From Candidatus Marinacidobacterium sp. (GTDB lineage Bacteria > Acidobacteriota > Vicinamibacteria > Marinacidobacterales > Marinacidobacteraceae), in assembly GCA_965220965.1 (NCBI GenBank), contig OZ244852.1:832001-896000 (forward strand): a stretch of 64,000 nucleotides of DNA, read 5' to 3'. Shown piece after piece: positions 39,236 through 48,436 of this stretch. The first letter of the stretch is position 1; each line of letters opens with the position of its first letter. The position numbers were made by a program, and so were the translations under genes. Below the pieces are notes generated by a model. It was not told the DNA's origin, ran no database searches, and saw nothing but the letters and a program-made list of their open reading frames with translations.

Positions 39236-42200
39236 ATGGAGACCCTCGGGCTCGACCCCACTCCCCGCAGTCCTTTCGAACCGACGCCCGGGGAGCGGTA
39301 TGAGGAGCTGATCCGGGTCATCCGGCGCGTGCGCTCGCGCTGGCGCACCCGGCGGCTGCTCCTCGGCGGCGCGGCGCTCGCGGTGGCGGGGGTGGTGCTG
39401 GTCGGCGGTTCGTCGGCCATCCTCGAGGCGGCGCGCTATGCGCCGTGGGCGGTCCGGGGGCTCGCGGCGCTGACCTGGACGCTGCTCGCCATCGCGGTCT
39501 GGCGGTTCGTTGCGAGGCCGCTCCGCTCCCGGGTGAGCGACCGGCGGGTCGCGCTCTACGTCGAGGAGCACGACCCGACGCTTCGCGAGGCGGTCATCAG
39601 CGGCGTCGAGCTGGGGAAGGAGCTCGACCACAAGGGAGGGGCGAGGCCGGGGTTCTCCCCGGAGCTGACCCGGCTGGTCGTCGAGGAGGCGATCCGGCGC
39701 TGTGAGGAGATGGACGCCGGCCGGAACATCGAGACCGGCGGCCTCCGCCGCGCCGCGGGCGCGCTCGCCACCGCGGTGGGCGTGGCCTTCGTGGCCTCCA
39801 TCCTCGCGCCGTCCGACCTCTGGCGCGGGGTTTCGCTGCTGGTCGCTCCCTGGGGGGACATCGACGACCGGAACCCCTACCGGGTTCTCGTCGAGCCGGG
39901 CGATGCGGCGATCGCGCGGGGATCCGACATGTGGATCTCGGCGACCCTCGAGGGCTTCGACACCGAGAGGGTGGATCTCCACCTCCAGGCGGCGGACGGG
40001 GAAGGCTGGGAGGTCCTCGGGATGACTCCGGACCCCGAAGCGGGCGGGTTCCGCCATCTGCTGCTTGGCGTGCCGGAGGCCACCGATTACTTCGTCGACG
40101 CCGATGGCGTCCGGTCCCCGACCTTCCGGATCGAGGTTGAGGACGCGCCCTACGTGGCGCGCATCGGGGTGCGCTACGAGTATCCGGCGCACACCGGGCT
40201 GACGCCGCGCGAGGTCGAAGAGGGCGGCGACCTGGTCGCGGTCGGGGGCACCCGGGTCACGCTCCACGTGGAGTCGACGATCCCGGCGTCCAGCGGCGTG
40301 CTGCGGCTGGATCCGGGTGAAGAAGAGCTGCCGCTCGTTCCGGTGGCGCCCGACGAAGAGGCCGCGCCGGCCGGAAGCCGTCCGGCGATGACCGCCGAAC
40401 TCGTGCTGCGCGAGAGCGGCGCCTACCGGATCTCGCTCGCCGGCCCGGATGGCGCGCTCCGGACCGCCTCGCGCGACTACCGCATCGAGGTGCTGGAGGA
40501 TCTCCCCCCGATCGTCCGGTTCCTGCGGCCCGGAAGGGATCTGACCTCGAGTCCGGTGGAGGAGGTCTTCACCGAGGTCGCCGCCGAGGACGACTTCGCG
40601 CTGGACCGGGTCGAGATCCGGCTCTCGGTCAACGGGGGAGAGGAGAGCGGGTTCGTGCTGGCTTCGGGCGGCGCCCGTTCCGAAGTCCAGTCGGGGCACA
40701 CCATCTTCCTCGAGGAGCACGACCTCGTTCCCGGGGATCTCGTCTCGTATTACGCGCTGGCGCGCGACGGGGCCGGCGCCGAGTCCTCGACCGACATGTA
40801 TTTCGTGGCGGTGCGGCCGTTCGACCGGACCTACCGCCAGGCGGATGCGATGCCCGGCGGTGGGGGCGGCGCCGGTGGCGGGGAAGGGCTCGACGGGACG
40901 CTCACCCTGCGGCAGCGGCAGATCGTGGTGGCGACCTTCAAGGTGCTGCGCGACCGCGAGCGGATGACCGACGCGGCGGTTTCGGAGACGGTCGCCACGC
41001 TCGGGCTCGCCCAGGGCCGGCTCCGCGAGCAGGTCGGCACGCTGAACCGGCGGCTCCAGAACCGCGGCATCGGCCTCTCGCCGGAGTTCGGCGAGATCGT
41101 CCAGCACCTCGACGCCGGGCTCATCGAGATGACAGCCGCCGAGGAGTCCCTGGTCGGCGGCGACCCGGAGGCCGCGCTCCCGAGGGAACAGAAGGCCTTG
41201 ACCCACCTGCAGCGCGCCGACGCAGTGTTCCGGGATGTCCAGGTCGCCTTCAACCAGGGCGGCGGTGGAGGCGGTGGCGGCGGCGCTCCGCCCCAGGCGG
41301 AGGATCTGGCCGATCTCTTCGAGCTCGAGATGGACAAGCTCCGGAACCAGTACGAGACGGTGGAGCAGTCCCAGCGGGCTTCGTCCGACAACGAGGTGGA
41401 CGAGATCCTCGAACGGCTCGCGGAGCTGGCGCGCCGTCAGGAGCAGGAGAACGAGCGGCTCCGCCGGGGCATGCAGGCGCCTCCCGGCGCGGGCGGCGGC
41501 AACGGGCAGGATCAGCTCGCCGCCGAGACCGAGGACATGGCCCGCCGGCTGGAGCGCCTCGCCCGTGAGCGGTCCCGTCCGGACCTCGCGGCCGTCTCCC
41601 GGCGCCTGCGGGAAGCGGCCTCGGAGATGCGGGCGGCGAACAGCCGGAACCCCGGCGAGGGCCTCGAGAGCGGCATGTCGGCCGCCAGTTCGCTGCGCGG
41701 CGCGCGGCGCGATCTGGACCGCGGGCGGCGGGATCGTCTCGCTCGCGACGTGGAGTCCGCCGAGGAGGAGGCCAAGCGCCTCCGGTCGGCGCAGGACCGG
41801 ATCCGTTCGGCGGTGCAGGATCTCGAGGGCGAGCGGACCCGCCAGGCCGTCGACGCGATCTCGGAGCAGAAGGAAGAGCTTGTGGAGCGCGTCCAGGATC
41901 TGGAGCGGCGCCTCGACGAGGTCAGCCGCGACTGGAGCGGCGACGAGCCCGAGGCCGCGCGCGCGGTGGGCGCCGCCGCCGACGGCATCCGCGACCGGAA
42001 ACTGAAGGAGAAGATCCACTACTCCCGGGGGGTGGCCGCCCAGCGCTCGACCGACTACGCCGACCAGTTCGAGGAGATGATCGGCCGCGACCTCGAGGCG
42101 CTCGAGGAAGATCTCGCCTCCGCGCGCCGCGCGGTCGAGGGCTCGGACCGGGCGGAGCAGGATTCGGTGCTCGAGCGCGCCGAGTCGCTGGTGCGCGGTC

Positions 42201-42781
42201 TGGAGGCCATGCGGAACCGGCTCGCCGAACGCAAGGAGCCGGGACGCGAGAGCCGGGAGGGGCAGGAGGGCTCGTCCGGGCAGCAGGGTGAGGCGCAATC
42301 CGGAGAGGGCCAATCTGGCGAGGGGCAGTTCGGGGAAGGACAGGCCGGCGAGGGGCAGCCCGGGGAAGCGGCCTCCCGGCAGGCCGATGGGCGCGGTGGA
42401 GGCGGCGGCCCCGGCGGATCCCGCAACGAAGTCCGCCAGCTCCGGAGCGAACTGGACCGCCGGGTCCGCGACGCCGAGGCGCTCCGGCGCGAGATGACCG
42501 GCATCGGCGCCTCCGGGGAGTTCGGCGCCGAGCGGCTGGATCAGGTCGCCGCCGCGCTCAGGGGACTGAACCCGGAGCGGCTCATCGGCGACCCCCGGGG
42601 CATGGAGATCCTCGAGGCCGAAGTCCTCGACACCCTGCGCGAGCTCGAGTTCGACCTGAGGCGGGCGCTCACCGGCGGCGAGGTCGCCGATGTCCTCACC
42701 GGGGACGCCGGCCGCGCCCCCGAGGCCTACCGCGAGATGGTCGAGGAGTACTTCCGCAACCTGAGCCGCAACCCGGGGTAG
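39236..42781 (+). CDS. Large DUF4175-like membrane / Ig-like / coiled-coil protein
   Basis: Three N-terminal TMs, 'YPAHTGL', 'EDDFAL', 'YYALARD', long coiled coil, tail 'P..YREMVEEYFRNL'. Confidence 0.8.
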   Translation: METLGLDPTPRSPFEPTPGERYEELIRVIRRVRSRWRTRRLLLGGAALAVAGVVLVGGSSAILEAARYAPWAVRGLAALTWTLLAIAVWRFVARPLRSRVSDRRVALYVEEHDPTLREAVISGVELGKELDHKGGARPGFSPELTRLVVEEAIRRCEEMDAGRNIETGGLRRAAGALATAVGVAFVASILAPSDLWRGVSLLVAPWGDIDDRNPYRVLVEPGDAAIARGSDMWISATLEGFDTERVDLHLQAADGEGWEVLGMTPDPEAGGFRHLLLGVPEATDYFVDADGVRSPTFRIEVEDAPYVARIGVRYEYPAHTGLTPREVEEGGDLVAVGGTRVTLHVESTIPASSGVLRLDPGEEELPLVPVAPDEEAAPAGSRPAMTAELVLRESGAYRISLAGPDGALRTASRDYRIEVLEDLPPIVRFLRPGRDLTSSPVEEVFTEVAAEDDFALDRVEIRLSVNGGEESGFVLASGGARSEVQSGHTIFLEEHDLVPGDLVSYYALARDGAGAESSTDMYFVAVRPFDRTYRQADAMPGGGGGAGGGEGLDGTLTLRQRQIVVATFKVLRDRERMTDAAVSETVATLGLAQGRLREQVGTLNRRLQNRGIGLSPEFGEIVQHLDAGLIEMTAAEESLVGGDPEAALPREQKALTHLQRADAVFRDVQVAFNQGGGGGGGGGAPPQAEDLADLFELEMDKLRNQYETVEQSQRASSDNEVDEILERLAELARRQEQENERLRRGMQAPPGAGGGNGQDQLAAETEDMARRLERLARERSRPDLAAVSRRLREAASEMRAANSRNPGEGLESGMSAASSLRGARRDLDRGRRDRLARDVESAEEEAKRLRSAQDRIRSAVQDLEGERTRQAVDAISEQKEELVERVQDLERRLDEVSRDWSGDEPEAARAVGAAADGIRDRKLKEKIHYSRGVAAQRSTDYADQFEEMIGRDLEALEEDLASARRAVEGSDRAEQDSVLERAESLVRGLEAMRNRLAERKEPGRESREGQEGSSGQQGEAQSGEGQSGEGQFGEGQAGEGQPGEAASRQADGRGGGGGPGGSRNEVRQLRSELDRRVRDAEALRREMTGIGASGEFGAERLDQVAAALRGLNPERLIGDPRGMEILEAEVLDTLRELEFDLRRALTGGEVADVLTGDAGRAPEAYREMVEEYFRNLSRNPG
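42287..42361 (+). repeat. Five degenerate 15-bp tandem units encoding GE(G/A)Qx
   Basis: ggtgaggcgcaatcc / ggagagggccaatct / ggcgaggggcagttc / ggggaaggacaggcc / ggcgaggggcagccc. Confidence 0.75.
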
Positions 42782-43060
42782 CCGGCCTGCCCGCGGTTAC
42801 AGTGCGAGTGCGGAACAAGACGGCGACATCGAGCGGCGAGGCGGCGGGAGTCCCACAGAGCCTCCCTTGGTGACGGGTTGGAGGGCGGAGCGCGACGCCA
42901 TCCAGTCGAACCAGGCTCAGCTTGCGGTGACTCGGCTCCGTTGTGAGCGACCATCGGACCTCCAGACACTGCGACGGCGTTCCTTTTGTGGTCGTGGGAT
43001 GCGGGCCGCCTTGGGACACGATCTTGACCTCGATGAGTCAGACGAAATGAACTCTCAGCC

Positions 43061-44752
43061 GTGATTCGCGGAGTGTGGAGCGACTTCGGTCGGTGGAAGG
43101 ATGGTTGGGATGAAATCCAGACAGTGGGCGGCGGTGGACAGGGGAACGGTTACCGTGCGCGTCGCCAGTCAGATGGCCGGGAGGCCTTCGTCAAGGTGAT
43201 CAAGTCCAAGCGCGACGCCGAGCGTCGGAGACGCTTCTTTCGCGAGGCGACAGCCTATGACACGGTTCGCAGCAGTGGCGTTCCGCGACTGATCGAGAGC
43301 AACGCCCATCTCCACGAAGCCGCAGAGATCGAGCCGTATATCGCGACAGAGTTCATCGAGGGGCCAACGTTGAGAATCTGGCGGGACGGACGGCATGAGG
43401 TTGAACTCGCCACCGCCCTAAGATTGGTCCGGTCTCTCCTCGCGGCGATCGGCGACTGTCACCACGGCGGTGTCGTTCACCGCGACATCAAGCCAGACAA
43501 CATCATCCTGAGAGGTGGGAATCCGTCCCAGCCTGTGCTTCTGGATTTTGGCCTGAGCTTCAAGGTGACGCAGACCAGTGAGGCCGTGACCGAAGACGGG
43601 CAGGAAATCGGCAATCGTTTTCTGCGCTTGCATGAGCTCTCCGCCGGTAGTCAACTTAAGCAGGATCCCCGGTCGGACTTGTCGTTTGCTGGTGGAATCC
43701 TGTTCTACTCCCTGACGGGCAGGAATCCCGACATCCCAGAGGATGCGGAGGGTCGTCTCCCTCACCAACGGAGGGATGTGCGTTCGCAGCTTCGACACAT
43801 CGCCGGTGAGCGGTTGGAGCGGTTGCTGTCCATATTCGACAGCGCCTTCGCACCAAGAATCCACGACCGGTTCGTGAACGTCGAGGCAATGGTTGCAAGT
43901 CTGGAGAACCTCACGGAATCGCGGCGTGTTGTGGTGGGCACGTTGGATCATGATCGAGACGCCATCCGTGAGGCGTTGAACACTGCGTCGGCACAGCGGT
44001 CATCAGAGAGTCTTGACAGACTCACGCACGCTCTCGAAGAGCTGCATCGAGTTGACGATGAAGCAGCGACGTGGTTGGACTGTCCTCTAACTCTGACACG
44101 AGGCGGACGGCACGTAGATGCCGACTTGGGAAGAAACACTGTGTCCTGGCGTAAGCGAGGAATGACCGACGATGTGTTACGAGTACAGCAGGAGGTCCGG
44201 GAGGTAGGCGGTGAACTCGTCATCAAGCTGTCGGGCGAAGCGGTCTGGCGGACGGCGGTGAACGCACCGACGTATGGAGAGTGCTTTGCCGAGAGAATTC
44301 GGAGATGGCTGGTCGGGAGACTCCGCGAGGCTATCGCGAATCCGGAGGCGCTGCCGCCCGAGGCCAGCTATTTCCAGGAAGAGCCGCCGCTCGGGTCGCT
44401 AACGGAAGCGCAGGAGCGAGCGCGCCGAGAGGACCGCCACGTTCTGGCGTTCGTGTATGACCCGGCGCAGAAGGAGCGCGGCGAACGCGGCAAATTGGAG
44501 TGGTGTCTGAGCAACTTCCTTGAGAACCGCAGGACGCGCGAAACGCTCCGCGCAGCGTTTGTTCTAGCGCTCGTGCCACTGTCTCAAGTAAGTGCGGTCA
44601 CAGACGAGCTCAGTGGCGAGTCGATGGAGACTTCACGCTGGGTCGTCTTTGATGCGGACCTCGCACCCAAGCGGCACGAAGTCATCTATGCGAACCCGCA
44701 GATGGCGGAGAGTCTCGCCGGTGAGCTGTCCGACGAGTTCGGTCGCCGATAG
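43061..44752 (+). CDS. Hanks-type Ser/Thr protein kinase with C-terminal thioredoxin/UAS-like domain
   Basis: 'GGGGQG','FVKVI','FFREA','HRDIKPDNII','LDFGLS','RSDL'; no TM; codon usage AT-richer than neighbours. Confidence 0.88.
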   Translation: MIRGVWSDFGRWKDGWDEIQTVGGGGQGNGYRARRQSDGREAFVKVIKSKRDAERRRRFFREATAYDTVRSSGVPRLIESNAHLHEAAEIEPYIATEFIEGPTLRIWRDGRHEVELATALRLVRSLLAAIGDCHHGGVVHRDIKPDNIILRGGNPSQPVLLDFGLSFKVTQTSEAVTEDGQEIGNRFLRLHELSAGSQLKQDPRSDLSFAGGILFYSLTGRNPDIPEDAEGRLPHQRRDVRSQLRHIAGERLERLLSIFDSAFAPRIHDRFVNVEAMVASLENLTESRRVVVGTLDHDRDAIREALNTASAQRSSESLDRLTHALEELHRVDDEAATWLDCPLTLTRGGRHVDADLGRNTVSWRKRGMTDDVLRVQQEVREVGGELVIKLSGEAVWRTAVNAPTYGECFAERIRRWLVGRLREAIANPEALPPEASYFQEEPPLGSLTEAQERARREDRHVLAFVYDPAQKERGERGKLEWCLSNFLENRRTRETLRAAFVLALVPLSQVSAVTDELSGESMETSRWVVFDADLAPKRHEVIYANPQMAESLAGELSDEFGRR

Positions 44753-44969
44753 GTCGGTACCAACGGGCCTGGTCCGGCGTCTGCTCGCGATGCCGTCCGC
44801 TGCTGTTGGGGTACAGGCCTCGCTCGAACGATCCCCGACGCCGGGCGGCCCGTGCGATGCGGGGGCTCCATCTCCGTCCGACGCGCAGGCGCAAAGCGCC
44901 GCGGATGAGGCACCCGGTCACGGGATGTCCCAGACTCGCCTCGGCGGGCTGGCGGCGTCCCGGCCCCCG

Positions 44970-45461
44970 TCAGGACGACGTGTGGTCGTGGGCGATCCGG
45001 AGGCCCTCGGGGGTCTTCTCGAAGAGGAGCGTGAAGAGGCCGGTCGGGGCGTCGGCCTCGCGCTCCAGGTTGTAGCGCCCGAACACGAACACGAACTCCG
45101 GCGACAGCACCCGGATGTCGAGGTCGGAGAAGTGGAGCTGGCCCATGGCGGCCCGGTCGGGGTAGTTGGTCTGGTAGCGCTCGAGCAGATCCGCGGTTCC
45201 CATCCGCACCGTGTTGCCCGAGACGAACCGCATCCGGGGTGAGTCGAGGTAGTCGCTGACGAAGGTCGGCAGGTCCCCCTCGTTCCAGGCCCGGGTCTGG
45301 CGTTCGAGCACCTCGCGGACTTCGGCGGCGAGGGCGTCGCGCTCCTCGGTCGTGAGCGCGACCCGGGTCGGGGCGGCGGAGGTGGTCTCCGGCGGGGCCG
45401 CGCCCGGCCCGGCGCAGGCCAGCGAGAGCAGCAGGAGCGAGGCGGGAAGAACGTGTCGCAT
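44970..45461 (-). CDS. NTF2/SnoaL-like (DUF4440/YybH) lipoprotein
   Basis: Lipobox LSLAC; 'AWNEGDL..F..Y','MGQL.F','GLFTLLF','DHTS'. Confidence 0.85.
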   Translation of the reverse strand: MRHVLPASLLLLSLACAGPGAAPPETTSAAPTRVALTTEERDALAAEVREVLERQTRAWNEGDLPTFVSDYLDSPRMRFVSGNTVRMGTADLLERYQTNYPDRAAMGQLHFSDLDIRVLSPEFVFVFGRYNLEREADAPTGLFTLLFEKTPEGLRIAHDHTSS

Positions 45462-45521
45462 CTGGAGAGACTACAGAACCCCCGCGCTACGATTCGTTCC
45501 CGGTTCGGGGAGGAGTTTGCG

Positions 45522-46619
45522 ATGGCGCTTTATGGAAATTCGGGAGGCAACGGGCCGTGGGATCGGTCCGGCGGCTCCCGCCCGGAGGTCCCGGGGCTCC
45601 AGGATCTGGAGGCCCTGATCTCCCGGTTCGGCGGGATGCGCCGGGCGATCGGATGGGGGGCCGGCGGACTCGCCGCGCTCATCCTGTTCTTCGCCTCGGT
45701 CTACCAGATCCAGCCCGACGAGGCCGGGGTCGTCACCCGGTTCGGCCGCTACGTCCGGGTGAGCGATCCGGGGCTCCACTTCATCGTCCCCTTCGTGGAG
45801 AACGTCACGAAGGTCCCGGTGGAGCGGCAGCTCAAGGAGGAGTTCGGCTTCCGCACCGCGGAGGCGGGCGTCCGCACGGTCTACGACCAGCGGAACTTCC
45901 TCGAGGAGTCGCTCATGCTGACCGGCGACCTGAACGTCGCCGTCGTCGAGTGGATCGTCCAGTTCAAGGTGCAGGACCCCCGGGCCTACCTCTTCAACGT
46001 CCGGGACATCCAGTCCACCTTCCGCGACATGAGCGAGGCGGCGATGCGGGACGTCGTCGGCGACCACAGCGTGGATGAGGTCCTCACCGTCGGACGCGAG
46101 CGGATCGCGGCCCAGGCGAAGGACCTGCTCCAGGACATGAACGACCGCTACGAGACCGGGATCAGCGTCCAGCAGCTCGTGCTTCAGGACGTGAACCCGC
46201 CCGACCTCGTGAAGCCTTCCTTCAACGAAGTGAACGAGGCGATCCAGGAGAAGGAGCGGCTCACCAACGAGGCCCTCGCCGAATACAACCAGGCGATCCC
46301 GAGAGCCCGGGGTGACGCCCAGCGCGTCATCCAGGAGGCCGAGGGATACGCCGCCGAGCGGGTGAACCGCGCCCAGGGCGAGGCCACCCGGTTCGAGGCG
46401 ATCTACGCCGAGTACCGGAACGCGCCGAGGGTGACCCGGTCGCGGATGTACCTCGAGACGCTCTCCGAGGTCATGCCGAAGCTTGGCCAGAAGGTCATCC
46501 TCGACGAGAGCGGCGCGAACGTGCTCCCGCTCCTGAACCTGACGAACGGACAGTCGCCGGCCCGGCCCAGCGGCTCGTCCGGCGGACCGGGGAACGACCC
46601 CGGGGAGGACCGGCGATGA
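45522..46619 (+). CDS. hflK: FtsH protease modulator HflK
   Basis: SPFH motifs 'GVVTRFG','PGLHF','MLTGDLN','IPRARG','YLET'; GAGGAG RBS. Confidence 0.93.
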   Translation: MALYGNSGGNGPWDRSGGSRPEVPGLQDLEALISRFGGMRRAIGWGAGGLAALILFFASVYQIQPDEAGVVTRFGRYVRVSDPGLHFIVPFVENVTKVPVERQLKEEFGFRTAEAGVRTVYDQRNFLEESLMLTGDLNVAVVEWIVQFKVQDPRAYLFNVRDIQSTFRDMSEAAMRDVVGDHSVDEVLTVGRERIAAQAKDLLQDMNDRYETGISVQQLVLQDVNPPDLVKPSFNEVNEAIQEKERLTNEALAEYNQAIPRARGDAQRVIQEAEGYAAERVNRAQGEATRFEAIYAEYRNAPRVTRSRMYLETLSEVMPKLGQKVILDESGANVLPLLNLTNGQSPARPSGSSGGPGNDPGEDRR

Positions 46620-47554
46620 AGACGCGCGGCATCACCCTCGCGGGATCGGTCCTCGGACTGGTCCTCCTCTTCGCATCCACCTACACGATCCGGGAGACCG
46701 AGCAGGCGATCATCACCCAGTTCGGCGAGCCGGTCGGCGGAGCGGTGACCGACCCCGGTCTCCACTTCAAGCTCCCCTTCATCCACACGGTGACCCGCTT
46801 CGACCAGCGCTGGCTGCCGTGGGACGGGGACGCGAACCAGATCACCACCCGCGACAAGAAGTTCATCTGGGTGGACACCTACGCCCGCTGGCGGATCTCG
46901 GACCCGCTGCTCTTCTTCCAGTCGGTGCGCGACGAACGCGGCGCGCAGAGCCGTCTCGACGACATCATCGACGGGGAGACCCGGAACGCGGTCGCGACCT
47001 ACGACCTGATCGAGATCGTCCGGATCACGAACCGGGACTTCGAGATCACCGAGGACCTGGTCTCGTTCGCGAGCGAGGGCGAGGAGCCGGTGGGCGAGAT
47101 TGAGTTCGGCAGGAACGCCATCACCCGCAGCATCCTCGAGAAGGCGTCCGAGGTGACGCCCAGCTTCGGGATCGAGCTGGTGGATGTGCGGATCAAGCGC
47201 GTGAACTACGTCGAGGAGGTCCGCGCCAAGGTCTACGAGCGGATGATCTCCGAGCGCCAGCGGATCGCCGAGCGGAGCCGTTCCGAAGGGCAGGGAAGGG
47301 CCGCCGAGATCCGGGGCCAGCGCGAGCGCGAGCTCAAGTCGATCGAGTCGGAGGCGTTCCGGCAGGCCGAGGAGGTCCGCGGCCGCGCCGACGCCGAGGC
47401 CTCCGCGATCTACGCCAGCGCCTACCAGCGGGACGCCGACTTCTACCGCTTCATGAAGTCGCTCGAGACCTACCGGTCGGCGCTCGATGAGGGCGTGACG
47501 CTCGTCATCGGCAGCGACAGCGAGTTCCTCGACTTCCTCCGGCGTTCCCGCTAA
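46616..47554 (+). CDS. hflC: FtsH protease modulator HflC
   Basis: 'QFGEP','PGLHFKLPF','RWRISDP','RMISERQRIA','DFYRF.KSLE.Y'. Confidence 0.93.
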   Translation: MKTRGITLAGSVLGLVLLFASTYTIRETEQAIITQFGEPVGGAVTDPGLHFKLPFIHTVTRFDQRWLPWDGDANQITTRDKKFIWVDTYARWRISDPLLFFQSVRDERGAQSRLDDIIDGETRNAVATYDLIEIVRITNRDFEITEDLVSFASEGEEPVGEIEFGRNAITRSILEKASEVTPSFGIELVDVRIKRVNYVEEVRAKVYERMISERQRIAERSRSEGQGRAAEIRGQRERELKSIESEAFRQAEEVRGRADAEASAIYASAYQRDADFYRFMKSLETYRSALDEGVTLVIGSDSEFLDFLRRSR

Positions 47555-47567
47555 GCGGGCCGGGGCG

Positions 47568-48407
47568 GTGAGCCGGGACGATCGGATCGTCCTGCTCACC
47601 GCTCCGGACGACCCGGAGTTCGAAGCCTGGGCCGAGGGGCTGCTCGGCCCCGCCGACCGCGCCCGCGCCGCAAGGCGGCGGCATCCGGTGGGGCGTCGCC
47701 GGACGGTGATCTCGAGGGGTCTTCTGCGCGTGCTGGCGGGGGAGCTTCTGGGGGTCGAACCTTCCGACGTCTGGACCGGGACGAGCCCGGGCGGGGCGCC
47801 CCAGGCGGGGGAGGCGGAGCCCGAAGGAGGGAGGCCCCCACGGCGCCTCGGCATCAGCATCGCCCACACCGTCTCCACCGTTGTGGTGGCGGCGAGCTTC
47901 TCGGAGCGCCGCCTGGGAGTGGATGTCGAGCTCCTCGACCGGCGCACCCGCCCCGAGGCGCTCGCCCGCCGCTACTACGCCCCGGGAGAGGCGGAAGAGC
48001 TCGAAGCGCTTCCCGCGCCGCGTCGTCCGGCGGCGTTCCTCCGCGCCTGGACGCTCAAGGAGGCGTGGGGGAAGGCGGCCGGCGTCGGGGTCCCGCGCGC
48101 CCTACCGCTCGTGGGGTTCTCGATGGGCGAGCTCGCCGGTTCGCGGGCGCTCACCGCGCGGAGGCTCCACTTCGTCGACCCGGCGGCGGCTTCGCGCGCG
48201 GGCGACGGGTGGCGGTTCTGGACGGTCGCGGCGGGGACCGCCTCCTTCGGCGTGGTGGCCGGTGAGATCTCCCGGGAGCCCACCGATGGGGAGCGGCCGT
48301 TGCCCCTTTTCGCCGGTTCCGCCATGATTGAACGGTTCGACAGCGGCTGGCCGGACCCCTCCGGCGCGCCGGTCGAAGTCTTCCGGATGGTTTCGCCTCC
48401 CCCCTGA
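47568..48407 (+). CDS. Sfp-type 4'-phosphopantetheinyl transferase
   Basis: 'SIAH','LGVDVE','WTLKEAWGKA.G.G'. Confidence 0.85.
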   Translation: MSRDDRIVLLTAPDDPEFEAWAEGLLGPADRARAARRRHPVGRRRTVISRGLLRVLAGELLGVEPSDVWTGTSPGGAPQAGEAEPEGGRPPRRLGISIAHTVSTVVVAASFSERRLGVDVELLDRRTRPEALARRYYAPGEAEELEALPAPRRPAAFLRAWTLKEAWGKAAGVGVPRALPLVGFSMGELAGSRALTARRLHFVDPAAASRAGDGWRFWTVAAGTASFGVVAGEISREPTDGERPLPLFAGSAMIERFDSGWPDPSGAPVEVFRMVSPPP

Positions 48408-48436
48408 ACTCCCGCTACCGGGAAAGGACCCACTTC

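Noticed and set aside
42287-42361. CRISPR-like or contingency repeat
   Set aside because: Degenerate in-frame coding repeats in a Gly/Gln linker; no spacers
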